In this document: positions 1-13,135 of the stretch, piece after piece
How the letters are laid out: each line of letters starts with the position of its first letter
Numbering within the stretch: position 1 is the stretch's first letter
Origin: Syncephalis fuscata S228
Lineage: Eukaryota; Fungi; Zoopagomycota
DNA length: 64,000 nt
Reading direction: 5' to 3'
Assembly: GCA_025786725.1 (NCBI GenBank)
Contig: JAHLTZ010000012.1
Location: forward strand, 186,001 to 250,000
Made by a program: the position numbers and the translations under genes
The notes under the pieces: model-generated
Database searches by the model: none
Told to the model about the DNA's origin: nothing
What the model saw: the letters and a program-made list of their open reading frames with translations, nothing else

Positions 1-508
1 GTGGGTGTGGTGGCCCGGCCAATAAATGGGACAGCATGTCGGTTGCTTATGGTTCTATTAATTAAATTGATCAGCTTTTACATTAATATTGTACTAATCA
101 AACATTTACTTACTGTTTAGTAAATTCCATCTCAGAGTCGGGTCCAAATGCAAAATCACTAAATAATCATCCGCCGTTATGTTACATTTATTTCACTTGA
201 CTTGGCTACTTTACTTACTTTCGCAGTGCATCAACTACCATGAATATCAGACGATCAAACTGCGGTTTAATGCCAAAACATTCATCAAGTAGTGTGTAGT
301 TGCGCAGCGGCTCGTCCTGCTTTGTTCTTAGCGTTTCGCAAGCCGTTAAGGGTGGATGGCCTGGCCATTCAGGCACGTCTTCCACCGGCGTGGCTCGCCG
401 AGGCAGGTAGGTCTTTTTTGGGAAAAAGCCATGGGTGAATAAGAGCAATGCTGCTATTTCAATGGCCAGCAAGCTAAAGAGCAATCCCGACCAAGAGCGG
501 ATTGCCAT
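1..508 (-). CDS. GPI7: GPI ethanolamine phosphate transferase 2 (PIG-G/Gpi7 family), 5' exons; runs off the window start
   Basis: N-terminal TM followed by GFFPxK and QFDRLIFMVVDALR; after an intron the frame continues DFAFGPDSEMEF. Confidence 0.8.
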
Positions 509-1224
509 TGCAAAATATAATATAAAATAATCGATTTACTAGTGTCTACTACCTTCAACTAAGCCCTTTGATGCGTGAGTGGATTTTTTACTATTTGCAG
601 CAGTAGCAGTAGTGCGCATCAAATAAAGCATACTTATATAGCTGCGAGCCGCTAGTTCCGACCATGAGAGCAGATCCCTTGGCCCAATGAATAGCAACTC
701 CATTTGGTGCTACATCGTGGGTAGGTGGATGAAAACATCCTTATTCATCCTGCGTATTGCTTCAGAATAAGCCTGACTTTGATTGGTTCATAATCGGACA
801 CGACATCATTGCAACTTTTATAACAGGAATAAAAAGTGGTTGACTATGTGCCCGTTTCAAACATATTATGGAGTGCATCGTGATTGATAAAAAACGTGTT
901 TTAACGTCTATGTTTGAATATTGCCAAGAAAACTGACAGAACACCAGCTTCAATAGAATGGATGTAATATGGTAACAAAGGTATTGAACTGTTTATTAAA
1001 TTAAATTGCAATTGATTGGCCTGGTATGGAATCCAGTAGCAAGAGAATATTCATATATTTATACAAGTATTACCACATCAATGTTACCATGCCAATGGAT
1101 TTGTTAATTAAAAGAAACCAGTAAAATATAGTGAATTTCAATATAGCTGTACTGATTATCATATACATTGTTTATACATATTCAATAAAATATTGGACAT
1201 TACTCATTTACCAAGACAATAATT

Positions 1225-1911
1225 ATTTACGCAATCACCATGATGATTAATAATTTATTGTGTTAATAGTCGTTTATAATAATATTGATGTATGTAATAG
1301 CATTATCTTTCCATAGAATAGATTAAGTGTAATAGAACATTGTATTAGTAACAATATTAAACACTTAAATAATAAATGTAACATACTATTTAATTTCATC
1401 AAAACATTTGAGATTGTTCAGTATTATTGTTGGCTATGCGTAGAAAGATTGATGGATACTAATAAAAGCCATTGATTGCAATTCCATATTGTTCCGCAGT
1501 TGTTATTGTTGTTACTATGTACAGTGTGGATTATTGCGTCTAAATGGCCTCTTCTATTTTCCAATCTTCTACTGTTGCATTTTAAGCATATTTGCGATGT
1601 AAGATAATTGTCTATGGTGACAAAAGGTAGGACGACTAGCATTTCTAATGTTCACCATTCTCTTGAGCATTCTTGATATCAACTTGGTAGGTGCAGGTTC
1701 ATTGCCAGCCATTGATAAAGCAAATAGCCTCCACCATATAAAATAAGAGAAATAAAACTAAGGATTGAATAATGTTTTTATTGATGTTTAAATACACATG
1801 TTATTTATATTGTTATATTCAACATTATCGGATAATATATTACTGAATAGAACAATAAGATAGTGATAAAAAGAAGAGTGAAATAAGTAAATAAAAATGT
1901 AGAAGTCAAAG
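1225..1911 (-). mobile_element. Non-autonomous Fanzor/TnpB-derived element (subfamily B), terminal hairpin missing
   Basis: Close inverted copy of 7284-7980. Encodes VTIDNYLTSQICLKC...NCGTIWN (RuvC-II/Zn-ribbon/RuvC-III-like). Left end reads CTTTGACTTCTACAT on the minus strand. Confidence 0.75.
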
Positions 1912-2047
1912 TACAGTAGAAACATTAAAGCCATTTAATCTCTCTTTCACTCTTACTTTCAGTGTATGTTATTGGACTTGTTTTCTTTCAATTGTTACTT
2001 TTTAACAACTAGCACTTCAGTTGCATACAACACTATCTATTTCCATC

Positions 2048-2512
2048 ATGGCCTTGTCTATTGGCAGTATACTGTACGTACTTTTGTTACTGATCAACTC
2101 GTTGGCCATTCTTAACGAGGAACGATTCCTCGCACCAAGTAAGTAATCGCGTTATTATATTGCTGACGTGTCAAATAATCAATAAGCAACTACCAACTCA
2201 TGTCACTATTGACTATATCGTTATTCTACTGCTGCTACTACTTTTAGTTGGGTGGGCATCTATACCACAAGATCAAGTCTATGCTCATGGCATAGGTCAA
2301 TCGGTGAGCGTTAAAGCAAAAATTATCAATCTTGTATCGGCAGTTCGAACACTATTACGCAGTAAGTTCATCAGCTATCTTTGCCACTACTCTATTCTAG
2401 ACTATACTAATGACATTCGTTGTTATCAAATATGACGATAATAATACTAGTTCCCTTGATTGCCATCAATGTCGTGGTTATTATCTATGAACTGGTTCTA
2501 GGATCGTGGTAG
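2048..2512 (+). CDS. YOS1: Yos1/IER3IP1 ER-Golgi membrane protein (3 exons)
   Basis: Spliced: MALSIGSILYVLLLLINSLAILNEERFLAP|IGWAS...KAKIINLVSAVRTLLR|IPLIAINVVVIIYELVLGSW*, with GTAAGT donors. Confidence 0.9.
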
Positions 2513-2633
2513 TCAGCCATGCACATGGCATTGCCTAGTATTAATATAAGATATTATTATTATATATATTGTTGTTATTATTATACATTTTAATAGAGCA
2601 AACAAACAAAAATAATCAACCAATTTATTTTTA

Positions 2634-5600
2634 CTAGAATGCGACAAGTGTACGCAAATCTTCGAGTTTTTTTGTAATTTCATTCGGTGTGCGGTCTAAT
2701 TCCTCGGCTAGTGATTGTTTCTTGGCCGGTGGCAGTGCATTAAATGATTCACATAAATCGCCATCAATAACATTCTAATGAATTGCTGTATTAGTCTCTA
2801 GTCTACTGAACAGCAATAAATACTTACCTTGACTGGAATATAGGCACTACGATAGGCAACGTGATCACGGCCACATAGAGGCGATGCTTCATTACGCATA
2901 TGCATTTCCATCGTTTGGAAGAATTCAATATCGTCTCGTGATACAAATGGAATAAGTATGCCAACTGCACCACTCAGTGTTGTATATAGAATGATATCAC
3001 GGCCACCTGCCACAAGGGTCGCCTTTTCAATAGCCGTTACCGTGTCACCGATATGATATTGGTAAGATTTTGTAGTTTATGTGATGATCCATGTAGATAG
3101 CCTCGCTCATAGACTAACGATTACCGGTTGAATCATCTTCAACTTGTTCGCTGATATCACGCGGTAGTCGGTCAACAAATATATTACCAAACTTGTCGCC
3201 GGCAACCACTGTATCATAATCAACCATGGCTGTGGCTGTTGTGTATCGTGTGGTTGTATCATCAGCAAATATTGTTAGACGATTCTCCAATGGTAAATAA
3301 GTGACAAAATGGATGGATTCTTGTAGATCACCAACCACAATACGGTTGCCTTGTGTATGAAGTGTAACAATAGTGGTTGGAAATCCCTAATCATCCAATA
3401 GATTAGTGTTAAATAGTTAATTAAATAAATCAATCTTACCTTAGCCTCAGATTTACGTAATAATTTACGTTTACCCAAATCATAAATACGTAATGCATTG
3501 CCCACACCAACAAGTAATCGATTATGGAATGGAATCATCACTTGTGGAATATCATAATCTCCGTCTATATTTAATATGAATATTTTAGTAGACATTCATT
3601 AATATTGACTGTATTGATATCATACCTTATGCACGAATTCAAGTGATGTACCGTCTTCCGAGAATTTATACAAATGAATGTAACCTTTACGGCATCGTCG
3701 TGGTGATAGTGTAACATCTGCACCTGTACCTACTGCCAAATAGGTTATATCCGGTTGACTATGGAATACAATTGTGGATAGACTGTGATAGGACGAGTAA
3801 TTAGTAAAAGTAATAGACATTACACTACAACTTACCTAAATGCCGCTTCATTATTCGTTAGTTCTATCAATTGAAGGGTCTCGCCTTCAAATGGTGATAA
3901 CAATCGAATACAAGAGGCCCATTGACCGGATGGTGCCCGTAAATGATTAAATAGTTCCGGTGCTAGATCCAATACCTCTTGATCGACAATATCTCCTTCA
4001 GCCGACTAAATAGCATAGAGATTAAATTGAATCAATATAAATAAAATGTATTGTCGTTGTTATTGCTTACCTTCTCGGCGATAATACGCTCACGTTCAGC
4101 CGGTGAATAGACACCGTGTTCCGCCTCAATAACGACAAAGTTACGCGATGTAGGATGGACGGTAAAGTGTCGTGGTGTATAGCTTAGAGGAATTGACGCT
4201 TGATTAAATACATTGCCTAGTTTATCCAAGGCTAGAATACTAAAAAGCATATAAAAAACAAATATAGTCAATGTCGATTATATAAATGGCTATACTATCT
4301 ATTACCGAAGTGTATTATCGGCAATGGCTACAATACCATCGCCACCTTGACTGCCCGATACAAAACTTGAACCACATTCAAGTGCGGTGTATGAAATGGG
4401 CACAAGATGGGCCCGTGACTGAATGTATAACTAAGCCATGGTCGACTTGATAAAGCAAGTAGAGCCGACTCTCCTTGAACAATGACCGGAAATAGTTTAA
4501 CTGGACGTGAACCAAGGAATCTAGTAAATAATAATAATAATAATAATAATGTTTAATATAAATGTATATGGCTTATTATTGTTTCTTACCGAAGACGTGG
4601 ATCTGTCATTTCTCCCGTGTGATTATCAAGAACTGTACGTAATAATACACCATTGCGTAGACCAATAGCCAGGAATAATGAAGCATGACTACGATCAGAG
4701 GATCGATCCATCATAGTAATAATAACTAATGATTCTGGTTGGGCATTCAACGCCTATAATGACAGATTAATACAAAATATTAATACACCACTAGTTATAC
4801 ATCTAATGCTACTTACTTGAATGGCCAATTCTTCAAAGCAGCGATCAGGCTCAAGACTAAAGATACGCACTGTTTGATCATCACAGGCAACCGCCTAATT
4901 AAATCAATACATCAATAAATGGTTCATTAATAGTTCATTAACACTAACCAAGAACTGAAATCGGACTCGTCCATCGGGTACTTCACCCAAGGCCAAACCA
5001 AGAACATTGGCGCCTGTATTTAATCGTTCTTGATACTCGTTAAGTTGGCCGTGTTCATCAAGTTCAAAATAAACAAGTTCGCCAGTATTAAGTGCAACGA
5101 CAACCTGCCGATGATTAGCAGTGGCACGTACAATAAGTCGACCAGAAGGCGGCTTCCATTCATTCACGCGCTTATCGGCCAGAATATGACGCACACCCTC
5201 GGGATGAGCCTGAATCAGTGTATCCTCGCCCATTTGACGTATAAATAGTGTCGGTGTACTTGCTAGTAGTCCACTGTCCTGCACTTCCTCCACCGTTTCA
5301 CCAATCGACAATACAAGTGTGGCATTGACAAATGACACAACAATATAGGCATCGGCCTCGTCATCGGCCCGTAACTTTGTCGTCCAAATGGCTGTGGGCC
5401 GACCAGGTAACTCAGTGACGGCCACTTCAGATATCTCAAGACCATGTCGAAGAATACGCAACGATGAACGAGCACCACGACCACAAAGCGAGTATAATTG
5501 CGGTGTCTCTTCATCTGTCAAATTAATGACTTTTGTATCGATAAGTGGACACATACTGTCCATCTCGTCAACAAGTGCTAAATTAACCAATTCTCGTGGT

Positions 5601-7160
5601 TTAAAATACACGCGCGTCTCTTCACCATCGGCATAATCATGGCTTGAAAATACCAATTCGTCATCATCGTCACCTAATTGTTGAAATTGATAAAATTGAC
5701 TATCAACAGTTTAATTGTTAAAATAATTAGACGGGCTACTATTTCACTTACTGATTGCCCATATCAGCAGCTAGGAAAAGAAAACCTGATTTTAGAATAC
5801 CCATTGTATTGGCCATAGGTACTGTGTCAAAGTATTTAATACGAATATCGTTGACCTTGCCACCAGCATGATCAATCATAATCTTATAGATGTCACCTGC
5901 TTCACTTTGTGCTAGAATAAAGAATGTTCTCTATAATAGATCATTAACATTAAATAATATTGTTCTATTCTTATTTACCTTCATTTTATGGACTGTGGCT
6001 GTAATAATCATTAAACCACGGTCTGCATCTTCAAGTGGATTTTCACGGCGTGGAATTGGTACACGTCGTTGTTCCTCTCCATCATGCATATATGTAATCC
6101 AGTTCTCTGAACATACTAGGACACCAGATGGCCCATCACTACCTCCCGGCACTATATAGATCAATATAATAAATAGGATTATAATATAGAATAGACTATA
6201 ATGAGTATATATATATATATAAATGTAATGCAAGTCATGTATATTACCGGCAATAATTAGATTGGCTGTCATATCAACTGGTTCACTCCAACGACGTACA
6301 ACATGATTTAAACCAAGATCCAATTCATAGTAAGTAAGCATCTATTCACCTATTAGTTAATAAACAATTAAATCCGTCACTGTATAATTGCTATATACTT
6401 TTTCTGTCTCTGATAATGCCTCGCCTGTAGGATCCTCATCTGCATCTTGGTAATCAATTTCCAAACATGCAAATATTGGATTTTCATAGCCAACATCAAC
6501 ACCAATGCAGTCGTGTAGAATTGTATGCGATTTATGCGCCTCAAGTGGCGAGGAAATCGTCAAATTGGCTGCCGAGTCCCGATTCATAACGTAAACGAAT
6601 TTCTGTTTCTCCACCGCAGCTATTGCCATTAATATTGACATATAGTCGTATACACAATACGGTTAGTGGCCATAAATACAAAAATATTTACACTACCTAT
6701 CATAATCGCTCTTCCTTTAGGATCAGTGGCTAGATATTCACCTGGCACAACGCGTCTACAGCCTGATTTGCCATAAGTCTCCATATGGACGCGATCAAAC
6801 CGATTATGCTCGACATTGTACTCAAGCACAACAATACGACCGGAATCAGAGCCCACAACCAAATAATCTATAGCGTAACGCGGTATAACGAACAATTGGC
6901 ACTCTATTATGACGGCACTCTTTTGGCATGCTTACCTTTACTGCCACCCGTTAAACGGAACGGTTGAAGTGATCGCACAACGCCAAAAATATCTTGCGCC
7001 AAGCAACTCGTACTTTGCCGGTTTCGGCATTTGGTCGAAGTAGTTCTAGACGGGTACCGCGTGCCGCAATAATCTGTTGTTCACGCGTTCCAGTAAAGTT
7101 ACCGACCACCGCACAGGTAATTATGGTGGGTGGCTGCAGTGTAAGATTATAAAGATGCAT
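2634..7160 (-). CDS. RSE1: Pre-mRNA splicing factor Rse1/SF3B3 (multi-exon)
   Basis: [76 protein letters not shown]. Confidence 0.97.
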
Positions 7161-7283
7161 CGTGCTCGACTATATAGCCACAGAAGAAGAAGAGGAAGAA
7201 GAGGAAGAACACGCAAGAAAGAATAGGTAAGCGGAGGAAACCACTTGATCCAATGATATTAATTAATTAATGTTTCTACTATA

Positions 7284-8018
7284 CTTTGACTCTACATTTT
7301 TATTTACTCATTTCACTCTTCTTTTTATCACTATTTTATTGTTCTATTCAGTAATATATTATCCGATAATGTTGAATATAACAATATAAATAACATGTGT
7401 ATTCAGACATCAATAAAAACACTATTCAATCCTTAGTTTTTATTTCTCTTATTTTATATGGTGGAGGCTATTTGCTTTATCAATGGCTGGCAATGAACCT
7501 GCACCTACCAAGTTGATATCAAGAATGCTCAAGAGAATGGTGAACATTAGAAATGCTAGTCGTCCTACCTTTCTGTCACCATAGACAATTATTTTACATC
7601 GCAAATATGCCCAAAATGCAACGGTAGGATATTGGAAAATAGAAGAGGCCATTTAGACGCAATAATCCACACTGTACATAGTAACAACAATAACAACTGC
7701 GGAACAATATGGAATTGCAATCAATGGCTTTTATTAGTATCCATCAATCTTTCTACGCATAGCCAACAATAATACTGAGCAATCTCAAATGTTTTGATGA
7801 AATTAAATAGTATGTTACATTTATTATTTAAATGTTTAATATTGTTACTAAACAATGTTCTATTACACTTAATCTATTCTATGGAAAGGATAATGCTATT
7901 ACATTACATCAATATTTATTATAAACGACTATTTAAATACAAATAAATTATTTAAATTATCATGATTAATTGCGTAAAAATGTTTGCTGCTTTAAAACTC
8001 CAAATTTGGGAGTCAAAA
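7284..8018 (+). mobile_element. Non-autonomous Fanzor/TnpB-derived element (subfamily B) with inverted termini
   Basis: Left end CTTTGACTCTACAT; right end ACTCCAAATTTGGGAGTCAAA. Frameshifted coding remnant FALSMAGNEPAPTKLISRMLKR...VTIDNYFTSQICPKC...HTV...NCGTIWN at ~7460-7790. Confidence 0.75.
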
Positions 8019-8030
8019 AATAGAATTTAT

Positions 8031-9136
8031 TTAAGAAATGTTCATAACGATATCATACAACTTTTGATTTAATATAGGATCATTCATTTGATGAGGTACC
8101 ATAGATGCATGATTAGTATTGGGCTCATCTGATAATTGTTGCTGTTCTACTGACGATAGAGATTGATGACTATCAAAAGTATCTGTGGTAGTAATTGAAT
8201 GGGATACATTTGCATTGGACGATACAGTAATGGTTGGTGCTTGCAGTTGAACTTGCTCTATCATCTTGGTTAAAGATTGGCATTTTCTAGACAGTAAAAT
8301 TGTTGTTAATAACCGTAGAAATAGCGTATTATAATTCATAGTATAAAACTTACTCTAGTAGATCGCGTGTTGCTGCTTGTTTCCGTTCTATTTGATCTTG
8401 TAGCATAAGTTTCAGCGTTTCTTTTGCCTACTTATTGCACTTAATAAAAAACTACTTAGTAGAAAAATACGATAATTACCTGGATTGGACGATATTCGTT
8501 GATCAATGCATATATATTGTTAAGCAATAGTCGAAAATGGTCAATCTTTGTTGGATACTAAGTTAAAGGTGGATTATTGCTATTAACTCTACTATGTACT
8601 CATATCACTTAATAGTGTGACATACCTGGTCTGGACAACGTCGCAGGACATCAACCAATTCTACAAAGTTAAATACTAACGAGTGGTTAAGTCGTTTCAG
8701 TTCGTCCATACGTCTAGCTATGTTATAGAATCAATAGTCAATTTAACGCTGTTTATTAATAGTTTATTGCTAAATAGTGACGTACCATTGGGCGTGTCAC
8801 CATAAAGTTGGTCGATACCAGCGTCTTTTAGTGAAAATGGTTCGTCTACCACCTAAATGTTTTATATACTAAGATTCATCGGCAGTTGAATATATGCAAT
8901 AGCGTACTTACTGGCCATTGTTCGCCGAATAGATTATAAGTGCCGGTGGTAGGCGGGGTGGGTGGACGCAGTTGGGTGAATTCTACGGGCAAGCTTGCTT
9001 TCTCGTCTGAGCCCGATGAATCTACGTGTGTGTCGATCCATGCTTGGTAGGCAGTCAAACGCGACGACGTGAATGCTTCGTAGAACGGAGGTGGAGGAGG
9101 AAACGCGGCACTTAGGCGTGGTTGTTGCTCGGCCAT
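8031..9136 (-). CDS. MED7: Mediator subunit 7 (multi-exon)
   Basis: SAAFPPPPPFY, PPTPPTTGTYNLFGEQW, ELKRLNHSLVFNFVELVDVL, NIYALINEYRP, QAKETLKLMLQDQIE. Confidence 0.92.
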
Positions 9137-9460
9137 CGCAGTAATATTTGGTACAGTAGTGTAAAAGAGTATAAGGAAATAAAGTGCCAGTTAGTTGATG
9201 AAATATTGAAATTGGGCTAGCACTGGTTACTTATTTGATGTAAATGATTTACATACTATTCTCATTGCTTAATGATTAAGTTATTTAGTAAATAAATATT
9301 TAAATCAACAGTCTATAACGCTAATAGACTAATAATAAGTATCAATAATCTAATAGTGTGTTATTATAAAATAATAGCTTATTAATTGATTTTTATAACA
9401 ATAACAATAAATGTAAATGTACTTGTAGAGTAATGTTAAACTCTAAAATCGTTAAGAAAT

Positions 9461-10717
9461 TTATTGATTGTTTGTTGGCTCAGAGTTCAAATAAGATACC
9501 GCAACATCTACACTACGAGATATAGCGTTGCGAATGTACTCTAAAACCATTTCACGATTACGTGGAGGAAGAGTTGGTGGTGCTTGCCCATTATTCGATG
9601 GATCGGTACGAGTATAACTTGGAGGAGGAGTTGATGGTGCTTGTCCATTGCTAGACGAATCGGTACGGGTATATTCTGGAGGTTGGTCGACATTGTTTGA
9701 AGTTCTAGCCTCGTATTCTGGCAATGGTTCAGGCTGTCCATCATAAGAGAATGCGAAAGGATGATATACAATATCTTGAACATTATGCATAGCTTGTTCG
9801 AGTTTTTCAGTCAAGATAGTATAACTCCATGGTCCTGTTTGTATACTTCCCCTGCGAGAGATACTAGCACCAACTCGTTCAGCATCACTATAGCCCGCAA
9901 TAATAGCATCGTTGTCCTTAGTAATGCATATATCTAATTAAACTGTTAAAACTGTGAAATACACTAGACTATAAAATAATAGCTTACTATCTATACTAGG
10001 ATCGATAGTCCATCCGGAACCAAATAGATACATCATACCTAATTACACTTGATTAGTCAATTGTTATTTATAACTAAATTACATACCCTGTAAAATTTTA
10101 GTAAACAAAGCTATAGAACGTCTATTTCTAAATTCAAAAGACTTGGCAGCAATAGTCTCAAAGTATTCTTTCATAGTTTTATCACAGTTCCTTGGAACAA
10201 CGTAGCAAATACCATTTTTTAAACGAAAATGACGTGTTGGACGTAGAACCATATCTTTGGCTTTATGAATACCACGATTGCTATTAGGCATGTTTTCAAG
10301 GTCCTGTTATAATAGCAATACATTTTTAGTGACTATAAAACCAATGAGGTAAAGTGAACCTACTTTGTATACACGCATACTCTTGTCCTCGTTGTCTTTT
10401 AAAGGATCGCCGCATACTATCGTGGCTGGTTTACCATAATACTGGCCTTGCGCTTGAATAAGCCTTTAGAAAAGCCAAATTGTGTCTCAATAGTAAGGTG
10501 CCACCGACCCAGACTCGATTCACCAGGCTTCATTTTGGCAAGATCGACTAGTGCGTAGCCTGTGCAGTAAAGTTAGTATGTTATTAAGTTAAATCAGACA
10601 GTATGCCTGTATACCTGAGCTTAATGATGGACTCAGTGCAGCAACATGCTGGATAGTTGGAGCCAATTCTAATGTGCAGAGTACTGCAATAATGTAATAT
10701 GCTTGTTTGAATATCAT
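9461..10717 (-). CDS. Secreted degenerate kinase-like protein with PY-motif tail, tandem copy 1
   Basis: Signal-like MIFKQAYYIIAVLCTLELAP; kinase-lobe-like segments (LFTKILQG|MMYLFGSGW..|ICITKDND); tail with LPEY, PPEY, PPPSY. One-base frameshift at ~10453 relative to copy 2. Confidence 0.6.
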
Positions 10718-11385
10718 AATAAATATCTATTGTTAATATAATAGTAACAATCGTTAAAAAAATTAATAAAAGTGGGCAGCGCAGTAAAAGCATGTTTCGC
10801 TTGTTATAGCTGAATGAATTTGCTATAAATCTTCAAAAAGCTATATACTCGAGGTAATGTACAAAACTGGTTAATAACACGTTATGAATGCTTTTTAAAG
10901 TAATAGAATATATATAAATAAACAAAAAATAACTTTTGCTTTTTAATTTAATGCAATATAAAGAAGTTTTCCAAATGAAACACCGATGCATGAATGGTTA
11001 TCTATTTTTGTAATTTATCAATAAGGTTATAATTAGACAAAATACATAAATGGTTTATCATGCAAACATGTGCTTATAATCTGAAATTCAACAAAAGCAA
11101 TGGTATATTGCTTTGTTAAAGTCTATTTAATGTTTAACGGCACGTTGGCTATGTCTTTTTAAATAAACAACCAAATTTTATAAATATAACGCTAAAAGCG
11201 TAGCGTGTTTAACTAAACCAAACTGAAATTTGTAAATTGTATAACTAATAGCAAAGAACAAAATTATTAATAAAGCATGGTTAATAAGACAGAGCTGTAT
11301 AAAATAGTAAACTGTTAACTGCTTTAAATAACAACAATAATAACTATATTTGCACAATAATATTATGATTTAAAATGGTTCGAGT

Positions 11386-12636
11386 TTATTGATTATTTGG
11401 CGGTTTAGAATTAGAAGATGACACGATATCCGTGTTACGAGATATGGCGTTACGAACAAATTCTGCAATTTGTTCATGATTACGGGGTGGAAGAGCTGGC
11501 GGTACTTGCCCATTATTAAATGAACCAGTACGAGTATAACTTGGAGGAGTTGATGATGTTCGTCCATTGCTAGAGGAATCGGTACGGGTATATTCTGGAG
11601 GTTGATCGACATTGCTCGAGAAAGTACCAGGCTCGTATTTTGGCAATGGTTCAGCATGTCCATCATAGAGAATGCGAAAGGATTATAAACAATATCTTGA
11701 ATATTATGCATAGCTTGCTCAAATAGGGCTTGCAAATCAGAATAATCCCACTCAAATGTTCTTAGTCGTCCGTCACTAGAGACCCTAGCGTCAAACCGTT
11801 TAGCATTGCTATATCCCGCAATAAGAACATCGTTGTTTTTAGTAATGCACATATCTAATCAAAATGTTAGAACTGTAAAATATGCTACACTATAAAATAG
11901 TAGCTTACTATCTATACTAGGATCGATAGTCCATCCGGAACCAATTAAATATATCAGGCCTAGTTACAAGTGATTAGTCGATTATAATTTACAATTATGT
12001 ACATACCCTCCATAACTTTTGTAAACAAAGCTATAGAACGTCTATTTCTAAATTCAAAAGACTTGGCAGCAATAGTCTCAAAGTATTCTTTCATAGTTTT
12101 ATCACAGTTCCTTGGAACAACGTAGCAAATACCATTTTTTAAACGAAAATGACGTGTTGGACGTAGAACCATATCTTTGGCTCTATGAATACCACGATTG
12201 CTATTAGGCATGTTTTCAAGGTCCTGTTATAATAGCAATACATTTTTAATGACTATAAAACCAATGAGGTAAAGTGAACCTACTTTGTATACACGCATAC
12301 TCTTGTCCTCGTTGTCTTTTAAAGGATCGCCGCATACTATCGTGGCTGGTTTACCATAATACTGGCCTTGCGCCTTGAATAAGCCTTTAGAAAAGCCAAA
12401 TTGTGTCTCAATAGTAAGGTGCCACCGACCCAGACTCGATTCACCAGGCTTCATTTTGGCAAGATCGACTAGTGCGTAGCCTGTGCAGTAAAGTTAGTAT
12501 GTATTAAGTTAAATCAGACAGTATGCCTGTATACCTGAGCTTAATGATGGACTCAGTGCAGCAACATGCTGGATAGTTGGAGCCAACTCTAATGTGCAGA
12601 GACTGCAATAATGTAATATGCTTGTTTGAATATCAT
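11386..12636 (-). CDS. Secreted degenerate kinase-like protein with PY-motif tail, tandem copy 2
   Basis: Paralogue of 9461-10717 at ~1919 bp offset with the same exon structure. One-base losses at ~12601 and ~11667 relative to copy 1. Confidence 0.6.
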
Positions 12637-13135
12637 AATAAAATATCTATTGTTAATATAATAGTAACAATCGTTAAAAGAAATTAATAAAAGTGGGCAG
12701 CGCAGTAAAAGCATGTTTCGCTTGTTATAACTAAATAAATTCGCCATATTTTTTTACAAAGCTATCTATTCGAGGTAATGTACAAATTTGGTTAACAACA
12801 TGTTACAGTTGCTCTTTAAAGAAGTAAGATAGATAAATATATTAATCACCACGTTTTGTCGTTTTGATCTAATTCTATATGTGGAAAATTTCCAAATAGA
12901 ATATCAATGCACAATTTGCAGTACTATTACGTATGTAAATATACTATTTTGTAAGTTTATCGGTAAAGTTATAATTAGACAAAGTGCATAAATGTTTTAT
13001 CGGCTAAGCACGTGCTTATAATCTCAAATTCACCAAACATAATGGTATGTTGCTTTGTTAAAATTTATTTAGTGCTTAACAAAACATTGCTCAAGTATAT
13101 AATTAGCAAAATGAAAAATGAAAAATAGCAGTTTA

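Larger units (their letters stand above)
9400..13085. repeat. ~1.9-kb tandem duplication (gene plus upstream region)
   Basis: ~9930-11150 aligns with ~11850-13085. The middle is nearly identical; the 3' exon and upstream region are more diverged. Confidence 0.9.

Noticed and set aside
640-960. GC-richer segment upstream of GPI7 as a gene or transposase remnant
   Set aside because: No recognisable motif in the frames examined.
2634-7160. Frameshifts in RSE1 (~7000, ~4430, ~3060-3115) read as pseudogenisation or programmed frameshifting
   Set aside because: RSE1 is essential, and similar single-base losses occur in TSC2, the Gypsy integrase and the tandem genes. Assembly indel errors are the most likely cause.
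7282-7283. TA target-site duplication (Tc1/mariner assignment) for the Fanzor relics
   Set aside because: TA precedes CTTTGA in several copies, but homology extends past it and the right ends at 8018 and 25956 are not followed by TA.
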